DNA of 32,000 bases, taken from Dehalococcoidia bacterium. GTDB lineage: Bacteria; Chloroflexota; Dehalococcoidia; Lucifugimonadales; UBA2962. The notes below the pieces were generated by a model. The model saw nothing but the letters and a program-made list of their open reading frames with translations. It was not told where the DNA came from and did not search any database. Position numbers and translations under genes: made by a program. The DNA lies in the NCBI GenBank assembly GCA_963664125.2, contig OY760908.2, positions 1,691,851 through 1,723,850 on the forward strand, read 5' to 3'. Below, piece by piece: positions 24,198 through 31,728 of this stretch; position 1 is the first letter of the stretch; the number at the start of each line of letters is the position of its first letter.

Positions 24198-25943
24198 TCA
24201 GGCGCGCCCGAATTCGCGCGCCAGCCGCCCCTCGCTCAGGTGCATCACCGTCGGGCGTCCGTGTGGGCACGAGTGCGGCTGGGAGCACCGCTCAAGCAAG
24301 CGGGTGAGCTCCTCCATCTCCTCTCGCGTCATCTTCATGCCGGCCCTGACCGCGCCGTGGCACGCGATCGACTGTAGGAGGCTCTCGCGCCTGTCGGAGG
24401 GGCTGCGAGCGGCCGCGACAGCCCTCAGCGCCTCTACCAGCCCGCCGACGGGATCGCCGGAACCCATGGCCGCCGGCACGGCCGAGAGCCTGTAGGCCGT
24501 GGGTCCGAACGGCTCGACCGAGAACCCGGCCTCCGAGAGCAGCTCCCCGGCGCCGGCCAGGGCGTCCGCCAGTTCGGGCTCCAGCTCGGCGAGGTCAACC
24601 TCCGAGGGCACCAGCATCGCCTGCGACTCGGCCCCCCGGCCCGAGCGCTCCGAGATGCGCTCGTAGAGCACCCGCTCGTGGGCCGCGTGCTGGTCGAGCA
24701 CGTATATGCCGTCCGGCCCCTCCGCAACGACGTAGGTCAGCTGAGACTGGCCCAGGACGCGCATCGCTGGCAGCACCGCGCCCATCGGCGCCGCGGGCGC
24801 AGGTGCGCCGACGCCGCCGGCCGCCTCGAGCCAGGCCTCCGGAGACGGGGCGCGGTTGCGCGCCAGGCCGGAGGTCCACATGGCTCCGGTGCGGTCGCTT
24901 ACGGCCGAGTCGCTGCGCGCCTGCCCGCGCGTCCTGTCCATCGCCGGCACCGGCGCGTGCCGCGACAGCGCGCCGCGAACCGCGCGCTGCACCTCCCCGT
25001 AGACCTCGCGCTCGGCCCGGAACCGAACCTCGACCTTGGCCGGGTGGACGTTCACATCGATCTCGGCGGGGTCGACGGACACGAACAGCACCGCGACCGG
25101 GAAGCGGCGCTCCGGGAGGAAGCCCGCGTAGGCCTGCTCGACCGCGTGGCCCAGCCGGCCCGCGTGGATCCAGCGCCCGTTGACGAAGATGTTGACGCCC
25201 CCGCGCCTCGCCCTGCCCACCGCCGGCGACCCGGCGAGCCCGCTAACGGCCACCACCCCGGAGGGCTCGCCACCGACCGCGAGCATCTGCGATGCGAGGT
25301 CCGCCGAGTAGACCTCGGCCACGGCCTCAAGGAGCACGCCGGAGCCTGAGGTCGCCACCGAACGTCTGCCCTCTGTGGTCAGCTCGAACGCCACCGCCGG
25401 GTACGCGAGGGCGTAGCGCTGAACCAGGGTGCGCACGCGGGCCGCCTCGGCGGGGGCGGAGGCGAGGAACTTGCGGCGGGCGGGAAAGCTCGCAAAGAGC
25501 CCCCTCACGGTGACGGAGGTCCCGTCCGCGGCCCCGGCGGGAGACACGCCCTCGACCTCGCCCTCGGCCACCACTATCTCCGTCGCCGCCGGCGCCGGGC
25601 GGGTCTTGGTGACCAGGGTCACGCGCGAGACGGCGGCTATGCTCGCCAGGGCCTCGCCCCGAAAGCCCAGCGAGGTGATGGCCTCGAGGTCTGCGAGGTC
25701 GGCGACCTTGCTGGTCGCGAAGCGCCTGAAGGCGAGCTCGACCTCGCCGGCCTCTATGCCGCAGCCGTCGTCGAGCACGCGCAGCATCTCCAGCCCGCCG
25801 CCGGCGATCTCCACGGCTATCCTCGAGGCCCCGGCGTCCAGGGAGTTCTCGATCAGCTCCTTTGCGGCCGAGGCCGGGCGCTCGATGACCTCGCCGGCGG
25901 CGATCTTGGCGGCCACGTCCGGGCGCAGGACGGAGATGGGCAT
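24198..25943 (-). CDS. mutL: DNA mismatch repair endonuclease MutL
   Basis: GHKL N-terminus AAGEVIERPASAAKELIENSLDAG. C-terminal endonuclease motifs DQHAAHERVLYE, ACHGAVRAG and CPHGRP are present. Confidence 0.95.
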   Translation of the reverse strand: MPISVLRPDVAAKIAAGEVIERPASAAKELIENSLDAGASRIAVEIAGGGLEMLRVLDDGCGIEAGEVELAFRRFATSKVADLADLEAITSLGFRGEALASIAAVSRVTLVTKTRPAPAATEIVVAEGEVEGVSPAGAADGTSVTVRGLFASFPARRKFLASAPAEAARVRTLVQRYALAYPAVAFELTTEGRRSVATSGSGVLLEAVAEVYSADLASQMLAVGGEPSGVVAVSGLAGSPAVGRARRGGVNIFVNGRWIHAGRLGHAVEQAYAGFLPERRFPVAVLFVSVDPAEIDVNVHPAKVEVRFRAEREVYGEVQRAVRGALSRHAPVPAMDRTRGQARSDSAVSDRTGAMWTSGLARNRAPSPEAWLEAAGGVGAPAPAAPMGAVLPAMRVLGQSQLTYVVAEGPDGIYVLDQHAAHERVLYERISERSGRGAESQAMLVPSEVDLAELEPELADALAGAGELLSEAGFSVEPFGPTAYRLSAVPAAMGSGDPVGGLVEALRAVAAARSPSDRRESLLQSIACHGAVRAGMKMTREEMEELTRLLERCSQPHSCPHGRPTVMHLSEGRLAREFGRA

Positions 25944-25952
25944 GGTGGCTCG

Positions 25953-25960
25953 ATTATACT
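25953..25960. promoter_or_regulatory. TATAAT (minus, 25953-25958) 9 nt upstream of the mutL ATG; overlapping TATACT (plus, 25955-25960) faces the dehydratase gene
   Basis: The reverse strand reads agTATAATcgagccaccATG. The divergent intergenic region is 41 nt. Confidence 0.45.
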
Positions 25961-25984
25961 CAGGGCGCCGCGCGCCCGGCCCCG

Positions 25985-27001
25985 ATGCGGCCGGCGGGCG
26001 CGGGCGCCGATCCTTCCCACTGGAGCGTCCACTTGCTCAGGAGACCGACCCTCGAAGACATACGCGATGCGCACGAGCGCATAGCGCCCTACACCACCCG
26101 CACTCCCCTGCACCGCCACCTGGCCCTCGACGACCTGGTGGGCGGCGCGGAGGTCTACGTGAAGCACGAGAACCACCAGCGCCTGGGTGCCTTCAAGATG
26201 AGGGGGGGCGTGAACTACATGCTCAAGCTGCCCGCAGAGCAGCGCCTTCGCGGCGTGGTGACCGCATCGACAGGCAACCACGGCCAGTCGATCGCCTACG
26301 CGGCGGGCATGCTCGGGGTCCACGCGGTGATCATCGTCCCCGAGGGCGCCAACCCCGGCAAGGTGGCGTCCATGCGGGCCCTGGGGGGGGACGTCCGCCA
26401 CTGCGGCAGGGATTTCGACGAGGCCCGCGGCGAGGTCGAGCGCCTCTCCAAGGAGGAGGGCTTCCTCTACATACACTCGGCCAACGAGCCGGACCTGGTG
26501 GAAGGAGTCGGCACCTACGGCCTTGAGATCATGGACGACCTGCCCGGGGTCGAGGTAATCATCGTGCCCGTGGGAGCCGGCAGCGGCGCGTGCGGGACGG
26601 CCATCGCCGCCAAGTCCGTCAGCCCGTCCGTCCAGGTCATTGGGGTCCAGTCCGCAGAGGCCCGCGCGACCTACGATTCCTGGCGGACGGGGGACCTTGA
26701 GACGTCGGAGATGGGAACCATCGCCGAGGGCCTGGCCACCGGCGTGGGCTTCGAGTACACCGTCGGGATCATGCGCGACCTGCTCGACGACTTCGTGCTG
26801 GTGACGGACGAAGAGCTCGAGCGCGCGGTCGTGCTGTGGATAGAGCACACGAGGAACCTCGCCGAGCACGCAGGCGCGGCAGCACTGGCCGCAGCCATGA
26901 AAATGCCCGATCGCCTCGCCGGGCGGAAGGTAGTTTTGGTGCAGAGCGGAGGCAACCTGTCGATCGCGCACCTGCGCGCCGCCTTGGCGCACGGGCACTA
27001 G
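25985..27001 (+). CDS. PLP-dependent threonine/serine dehydratase family enzyme
   Basis: PLP-lysine block HENHQRLGAFKMRGG, then ASTGNHGQSIAYAA and a glycine loop PVGAGSGACG. An alternative start, TTG 26033, has GGAG 7 nt upstream and would give 322 aa. Confidence 0.8.
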   Translation: MRPAGAGADPSHWSVHLLRRPTLEDIRDAHERIAPYTTRTPLHRHLALDDLVGGAEVYVKHENHQRLGAFKMRGGVNYMLKLPAEQRLRGVVTASTGNHGQSIAYAAGMLGVHAVIIVPEGANPGKVASMRALGGDVRHCGRDFDEARGEVERLSKEEGFLYIHSANEPDLVEGVGTYGLEIMDDLPGVEVIIVPVGAGSGACGTAIAAKSVSPSVQVIGVQSAEARATYDSWRTGDLETSEMGTIAEGLATGVGFEYTVGIMRDLLDDFVLVTDEELERAVVLWIEHTRNLAEHAGAAALAAAMKMPDRLAGRKVVLVQSGGNLSIAHLRAALAHGH

Positions 27002-27006
27002 CCACC

Positions 27007-27264
27007 ATGGCCGTCCGCCGCAGGTATGCCCGATTCGTGAACCGAGGCTGCCATCGAAAGATCAAGCACAGGACGGAGGAGTCGGCTCGGGCCGCTATGC
27101 AGGGCCGCATGGAGAGGGTCGTATACATCCAGGGCATGGGCCCCGGAGGCCGTCCGAACACATACCGATGCAGCAGATGCGGTTACTGGCACTGGGGGCA
27201 CACGAGGGCGAGGCTCCAGAGCTCTCGAGACGAACTGGAGGCGGACGCCTTCTGGCGGTTCTGA
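27007..27264 (+). CDS. Small hypothetical protein (85 aa) with a CxxC...H zinc-ribbon-like motif
   Basis: ATG lies 5 nt after the dehydratase stop. The sequence contains GCHRKIKHRTEESARAAM and YRCSRCGYWHWGH. It uses cga/agg/aga Arg codons that are uncommon in neighbouring genes. No family is assigned. Confidence 0.45.
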   Translation: MAVRRRYARFVNRGCHRKIKHRTEESARAAMQGRMERVVYIQGMGPGGRPNTYRCSRCGYWHWGHTRARLQSSRDELEADAFWRF

Positions 27265-27482
27265 ACTACCGGAGGCCGGTAACTGCGCGGGCCAAAAGGC
27301 TGCGACATCCGCTCCGCCCATCCGGGCCCTGCAGCGATGGGATACAGCCCGCCGAGCATCGAGTCGTCCTGCCGGCCTACGACACGAGCAACCCGGTTCA
27401 AAGGGCGCTGAGGAGTGTTGCCGGAGTGATAGGTTGTAACGGGATAGCTTTGAGGCTTTCTAAGGGATGAAGGGGGTTCGGT

Positions 27483-27869
27483 GTGGGATTTCTGCGATTC
27501 GAAGATGACAACGAGTTCGCGTTCTGCGAACACTGGTTGGCGAAGCCCGAAGAGGACGATGCCGGCGAATTCTGCGGTGCGCCATCAACGTCCGTGGTAA
27601 TGGCTCGGGGTGATTGGAAGGGCGCCCGCCCCTTCTGTTCCGAACACTTAGATTTCAACTCCAAGTACTGGATCACCCTCGACTGGAAACTTGCCCATAG
27701 GATCCAGGCACAGATGGCCGCCATCGAGGTTCTTGAGGACGTGGCTTACTGGACGAGCAGCGACGCGCTGAGCGAGCTGGTGGGCGACGCCGAAACCTTC
27801 TCCAGGGCGGCCCAGTACCTGACGGCAAGGCTGAGAAGCGTCCTGCCACCGGAACCCGAGAAGGCGTAG
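27483..27869 (+). CDS. Hypothetical protein (128 aa), Cys/His-containing, lower GC
   Basis: GTG start with AGGGGG 6 nt upstream. Contains FCEHW, FCGAP and FCSEHL. Hand-counted GC is about 52-57% on two 60-nt samples. Confidence 0.5.
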   Translation: MGFLRFEDDNEFAFCEHWLAKPEEDDAGEFCGAPSTSVVMARGDWKGARPFCSEHLDFNSKYWITLDWKLAHRIQAQMAAIEVLEDVAYWTSSDALSELVGDAETFSRAAQYLTARLRSVLPPEPEKA

Positions 27870-27913
27870 TAGTCAGCTCGAAGGGGCGGGCAGCGCGTCG
27901 CGGACGACAGCGT

Positions 27914-27929
27914 GGCCGACCGGTCGGCC
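27914..27929. terminator. 16-bp perfect palindrome ggccgaccggtcggcc between convergent genes (possible bidirectional terminator)
   Basis: It lies in the 82-nt gap between the stop at 27869 (+) and the pyrD stop at 27952 (-). Confidence 0.35.
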
Positions 27930-27951
27930 CGGCGGGTCCCCGGAGAGAGGC

Positions 27952-28977
27952 CTACCCGCGGGGCCGCAAGGCCGCCATGTCCGCTGCTCCGATGCCATCC
28001 ATGGCCTTGAGCATCTCGGCCTTGATGCGCCGCGCGGCGCCCGGTCCCCGATAGACAAGGGCCGAGTACACCTGGACCGCGTCGGCCCCGGCGCGGACGG
28101 CGGCGATGGCGTCCTCCCCGGTCATCACGCCCCCGCACGCGACCACGCCGATCCCGCCGCCTAGCTCGGCACGCGTCTCAGCAACCATCCTCAGCGTGTC
28201 GGGCAGCAGCGGGGCCCCGCTCAGGCCGCCGCGGCCGACGGCGAGCCGGGTATCGCGGACCGGCCGCGTGTTGGCGACGGTCACCGCGGCCGCGCCGCCG
28301 TCGGCGCAGGCGCGCGCGAGCGCCATCGCCCCCCTCCTCTCCTCGGGGTCGTCGCCATGGGGAGGGAGCTTGACGATCAGGGGGCGCGTCGCCGCCTCGC
28401 CGGCGGCGGCCAGCAGCTCCGCGAGCGCGCCCGGGTCGTGGAAGGCGCGCAGGCCCTCGGTGTTCGGCGAGCTGATGTTGAGCTCCACCGCGGCCGGGGC
28501 AGGCCCGACCGCCCTTAGGCAGTCGGCCACCTCCCGCACCGCCGTGCCCGATACGCTCGCAACCAGGGGGGCGGAACCCCGGTAGCGGGCCATCCTTCGG
28601 GCCGCGGCGCGCGCGCCTGGGTTGGGGAATCCCATCGAGTTGACCAGCGCGCACCGCTCCGGGTCCCTCGCCAGCCTGGGCCTCGGGTTGCCGGCGCGGG
28701 CGCCTAGCGTCACCGTGCCCACCGAGACGAAGGCGAAGCCCAGGGCGGACATCGCGGCGGGGACTTGAGCCCCCTTGTCGAAGCCGGCCGCGACGCCCAG
28801 CGGGCCGGCCAGGTCAATGCCGCAGAGCCTGGTGCGGAGCCGCGGCGAGTCGCGGCCGAGCAGCGGCGACGCCGCGCGCCACAGGGGCGCCACCCCCAAG
28901 GCCGCCACGGCGACGGAGTGCGCCGTCTCCGCACCCATCGCGAAGAGGAGCGGCCGGGCGAGCGACCGGTAGAGCAT
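27952..28977 (-). CDS. pyrD: Dihydroorotate dehydrogenase (quinone), class 2
   Basis: N-terminal extension LARPLLFAMGAETAH. Motifs GFDKGA, VNSMGFPNPG and ELNISSPNTEGLR (serine catalytic base, class 2 type) are present. Confidence 0.9.
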   Translation of the reverse strand: MLYRSLARPLLFAMGAETAHSVAVAALGVAPLWRAASPLLGRDSPRLRTRLCGIDLAGPLGVAAGFDKGAQVPAAMSALGFAFVSVGTVTLGARAGNPRPRLARDPERCALVNSMGFPNPGARAAARRMARYRGSAPLVASVSGTAVREVADCLRAVGPAPAAVELNISSPNTEGLRAFHDPGALAELLAAAGEAATRPLIVKLPPHGDDPEERRGAMALARACADGGAAAVTVANTRPVRDTRLAVGRGGLSGAPLLPDTLRMVAETRAELGGGIGVVACGGVMTGEDAIAAVRAGADAVQVYSALVYRGPGAARRIKAEMLKAMDGIGAADMAALRPRG

Positions 28978-28984
28978 CGGCCCG

Positions 28985-28990
28985 ATTATA
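28985..28990 (-). promoter_or_regulatory. TATAAT -10 box 7 nt upstream of the pyrD ATG (leaderless-type)
   Basis: The reverse strand reads ccTATAATcgggccgATG. Confidence 0.45.
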
Positions 28991-29050
28991 GGCCAGCGCC
29001 CGGCTTGCGCGATCGCCCGGGCCGTGGCCTACTAGTGGGCGAAGCCTGCC

Positions 29051-29821
29051 ATGGACCTGACTTTCGAGAGAGGTGACGCCTCCAGCCCCAGGGGCCACGC
29101 GCTGGTCTACTTCGAGTCCCCGTCGGGCGACGAGGTCTGGGCCACATACCTGATCGTGCTGCCCATAACGGTGGACGTCTCCAAGTACGTCCCGCCCTTC
29201 CTGATGAACCAGATGGGCGGAGATGGGCCCACCGACCTCTCCTCCTTCGCGTTCCCCCCATCGCCCGAGAAGATCCCCGGCAGGGACAGGCTCGACGAGT
29301 TGGCCGCCATGCGCGACGACGACGTCATCAATGGAGGGAGCCTGGACGGGGATGACGTCACCTCTGCGATGATGCGGGTCAACGACCTGCTCCAGGGCTA
29401 CGCGCGGCTCTGCGCCGACTCGCGCTCGGCCTCGATAGCGGCGGGGCCGCAGGCGGCGGAGGCGGCCGGGGAGCTCGGCGTGAACGAGGTGCTCTACGGG
29501 CTGATGAGCGAGAGCGACAGGCTCGCCGAGCTCACCAAGCTGATCGGCCGGCTCAGGTTCGCCGTTGACGGCAACGAGGACAGCCTGGTCCGGGAGACCG
29601 AGGACGAGATCGGCTCCCTCTCGCGCCACCTGCCCGACGGCGTGCAGGTGCCCAAGATGGTGGCCGCGGTCAAGGCCGCGGACGAGCGGGGCGCGCTGCT
29701 GGCCGACCTGTACCTCAAGCGCTCGTTCCACCTGCTCCACGAGGCCTTCACAGAGCTGGGAAGCGTCGAGCGCCAGATAGAGAGCCTGGAGGCGGAGGGC
29801 GCCCAGGGCGCCGGGGGCTAG
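29051..29821 (+). CDS. Hypothetical protein (256 aa)
   Basis: A clean ORF with GC-rich third positions. The acidic middle region is followed by a helical C-terminal half. I recognise no family. Confidence 0.6.
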   Translation: MDLTFERGDASSPRGHALVYFESPSGDEVWATYLIVLPITVDVSKYVPPFLMNQMGGDGPTDLSSFAFPPSPEKIPGRDRLDELAAMRDDDVINGGSLDGDDVTSAMMRVNDLLQGYARLCADSRSASIAAGPQAAEAAGELGVNEVLYGLMSESDRLAELTKLIGRLRFAVDGNEDSLVRETEDEIGSLSRHLPDGVQVPKMVAAVKAADERGALLADLYLKRSFHLLHEAFTELGSVERQIESLEAEGAQGAGG

Positions 29822-30748
29822 CTAGCGGGAGGCGACGAGCCGCTCGACCTCGGCGCGGCGCGGCATGGCCGCCTGCGCCCCCGGGCGGGTGACGGCGAGG
29901 GCCCCCGCAGCGCACCCGCGCTCCACGGACTCGCCGAGCGTGCGCCCCTCGGCGAGCGAGACGGCGAGCGCCCCGCCGAAGGCGTCGCCCGCCGCCACGG
30001 AGTCGACCACCTCCGCCTCGAAGGCCTCCACGTGGCCGGAACCGGCGTCGGACGCGTAGAAGGCCCCCATTTCGGCCATCTTTATCACCGCCGCCCCGGC
30101 CCCCATCGACAGCAGCGCGTCAGCCGCGGCCCGCGCCGAGTCCGGCCCGGTCACGTCGATGCCGGTGATCGCAAGGGCCTCGCTCTGGTTGGGAGTGATC
30201 ACGCTGGCCGCCTCCACCGCGCGCTCCATGCCCGGCCCCGGGGGCGAAGGGTCCCATATCACGGGCACGCGCGCCCGGCGCGCGGCGAGCGCTGCGGCAA
30301 GCGTCACGGCCGGGGGGAGCTCGAGCTGGAGCATGACCGCGTCCGCGGACCCCAGCGCCCCGACCGCGGCCTCCTCCTCGGCCCGGCCCGCCGCGAGGTT
30401 GGCGCCCCTGACCTGGATGATGTAGTTCTGGCGCTCGCCGTCCAGCAGGATCACCGCGACGCCCGATGGCTCCCCGGGCTCCGCGCCGACCGCCGAGACG
30501 TCTATCCCCTCGGCGCGAAGGTCATCGACGAGCCCGGGGCCGAACGCGTCGTCCCCGACCCTGCCGACCATGCGGACCCGCGCGCCCATGCGCGCCGCGG
30601 CGACCGCCTGGTTCGCCCCCTTGCCGCCAGGCGTCGTGTAGAACTCGTCCCCGGTCACCGTCTCGCCCGGGACGGGCATCCGCTCGGCGGCGGCGATCAG
30701 GTCGATGTTGATGCCCCCGAGCACGACTATCTCCGGGCGCGGGCTCAC
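29822..30748 (-). CDS. rbsK: Ribokinase (PfkB family)
   Basis: GTG 30748 overlaps the HAD stop (GTGA). IVVLGGINIDL, GGKGANQAVAAARMG and DSVAAGDAFGGAL are present. The ORF part upstream of 30748 overlaps the HAD gene. Confidence 0.85.
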   Translation of the reverse strand: MSPRPEIVVLGGINIDLIAAAERMPVPGETVTGDEFYTTPGGKGANQAVAAARMGARVRMVGRVGDDAFGPGLVDDLRAEGIDVSAVGAEPGEPSGVAVILLDGERQNYIIQVRGANLAAGRAEEEAAVGALGSADAVMLQLELPPAVTLAAALAARRARVPVIWDPSPPGPGMERAVEAASVITPNQSEALAITGIDVTGPDSARAAADALLSMGAGAAVIKMAEMGAFYASDAGSGHVEAFEAEVVDSVAAGDAFGGALAVSLAEGRTLGESVERGCAAGALAVTRPGAQAAMPRRAEVERLVASR

Positions 30749-31554
30749 CCGATCAGCCCGTCCGCGCAGAGGCCCTCCAGCACGCGCGCCGGGCCCTCCT
30801 CCTCGACCGGGGCGCAGACCAGGTCGGCGGCCTCGGCAGCCTCGGCCACCGCGTCCCCGACGGCGACTCCCAGGCCCGCCCACCTCAGCATGTGCACGTC
30901 GTTGTAGCCGTTGCCGAACGTAAGCGTGTCCTCCGGGGACACGCCTAGCCTCGCGCACAGCTCGCCCAGGGCCCGGTGCTTGCCGCCGGAGGGGTGGAGT
31001 ATCTCGCAGAACTGCGGCAGCGACCGCGTTACGTGCAGGCCGTCGCCGAAGCGCCCGATCAGGTCCGACTCCAGCCGCTCGATGGGGCGTTCGTCTCCCA
31101 CGACCACCAGCCGCGTCGGGCGCATCTTGGCCACCGCCTCCAGCCGGCCCACCTCGTGGACGTTAACGCTCTGGCGGTCGCCGTAGTAGGCCGCCCACTC
31201 GGTCATGCGGGCGACGTAGACGTCGTCCCCGACGAACGCCATCACGTCGCCCTCCCAGCCGTTCAGGCTGCGCAGCGCCCTCAGCGTAAGGTCCTCGCCC
31301 AGCGGGCGGTGCCACAGGACCCGGCCTGTGCGCGGGTCGGCGAGCTGCGCCCCCTGGAAGGAGGCTATCGGGGAGTCGAGGTCGAGCCCGGCGGTGGCCT
31401 CGACTGCCGAGCGGAACGAGCGGCCGGTGGCGATGGTGACGGCGGCGCCGAGACCGCGGACGCGCTCCAGAGCGCGGGCGGTGCGGTCCGAGACGGGGCG
31501 GCCGGGCAGCTTGATGGTGCCGTCTATGTCGAGCGCGATCAGCCGAAATGTCAT
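30745..31554 (-). CDS. Cof-type HAD-IIB family hydrolase
   Basis: LIALDIDGTI (DxDGT nucleophile motif), TIATGRS and C-terminal FGNGYNDVHMLRWAGLGVAVGDA. Confidence 0.85.
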   Translation of the reverse strand: MTFRLIALDIDGTIKLPGRPVSDRTARALERVRGLGAAVTIATGRSFRSAVEATAGLDLDSPIASFQGAQLADPRTGRVLWHRPLGEDLTLRALRSLNGWEGDVMAFVGDDVYVARMTEWAAYYGDRQSVNVHEVGRLEAVAKMRPTRLVVVGDERPIERLESDLIGRFGDGLHVTRSLPQFCEILHPSGGKHRALGELCARLGVSPEDTLTFGNGYNDVHMLRWAGLGVAVGDAVAEAAEAADLVCAPVEEEGPARVLEGLCADGLIG

Positions 31555-31564
31555 CGATTGCCGG

Positions 31565-31580
31565 CCGCGCCCGGGCGCGG
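31565..31580. repeat. 16-bp perfect palindrome ccgcgcccgggcgcgg in a divergent intergenic region
   Basis: Read directly from the sequence. It lies between the HAD start (31554) and the TATAAT at 31601. Confidence 0.5.
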
Positions 31581-31600
31581 CGTTGACCGGTAGCCTTGCA

Positions 31601-31606
31601 TATAAT
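31601..31606 (+). promoter_or_regulatory. TATAAT -10 box 13 nt upstream of a small ORF; immediately followed by GGAGG
   Basis: gcaTATAATGGAGGctcccgccATG. TTGACC lies at 31583-31588, but the spacer is only 12 nt. Confidence 0.4.
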
Positions 31607-31619
31607 GGAGGCTCCCGCC

Positions 31620-31706
31620 ATGAAGCTCAATCCCAGACGGCTCCTGTGGATGGTCGTGATACCCACGGTCGCGGTGTTGGTCGCGGCCGCCTTCCGATAC
31701 TCGTAG
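31620..31706 (+). CDS. Possible 28-aa single-TM micropeptide (MKLNPRRLLWMVVIPTVAVLVAAAFRYS)
   Basis: ATG with GGAGG 8 nt upstream. A positively charged N-terminus is followed by a roughly 17-residue hydrophobic stretch. It sits 22 nt upstream of the Mo-enzyme gene. It is too short to judge by composition. Confidence 0.3.
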   Translation: MKLNPRRLLWMVVIPTVAVLVAAAFRYS

Positions 31707-31728
31707 GGACCGCCGCCAGGACCACCGC

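Noticed and set aside
25429-26998. ORFs 25429-26526 (+) and 25853-26998 (-) overlapping mutL and the dehydratase gene
   Set aside because: They have no motifs and low complexity. They are explained by real genes in other frames.
27183-27724. Minus-strand ORFs 27183-27533 and 27398-27724 in the small islet
   Set aside because: They are antisense to, or overlap, the better-supported plus-strand ORFs. They lack an RBS, and their translations are Ser/Pro/Gln-rich without structure-like patterning.
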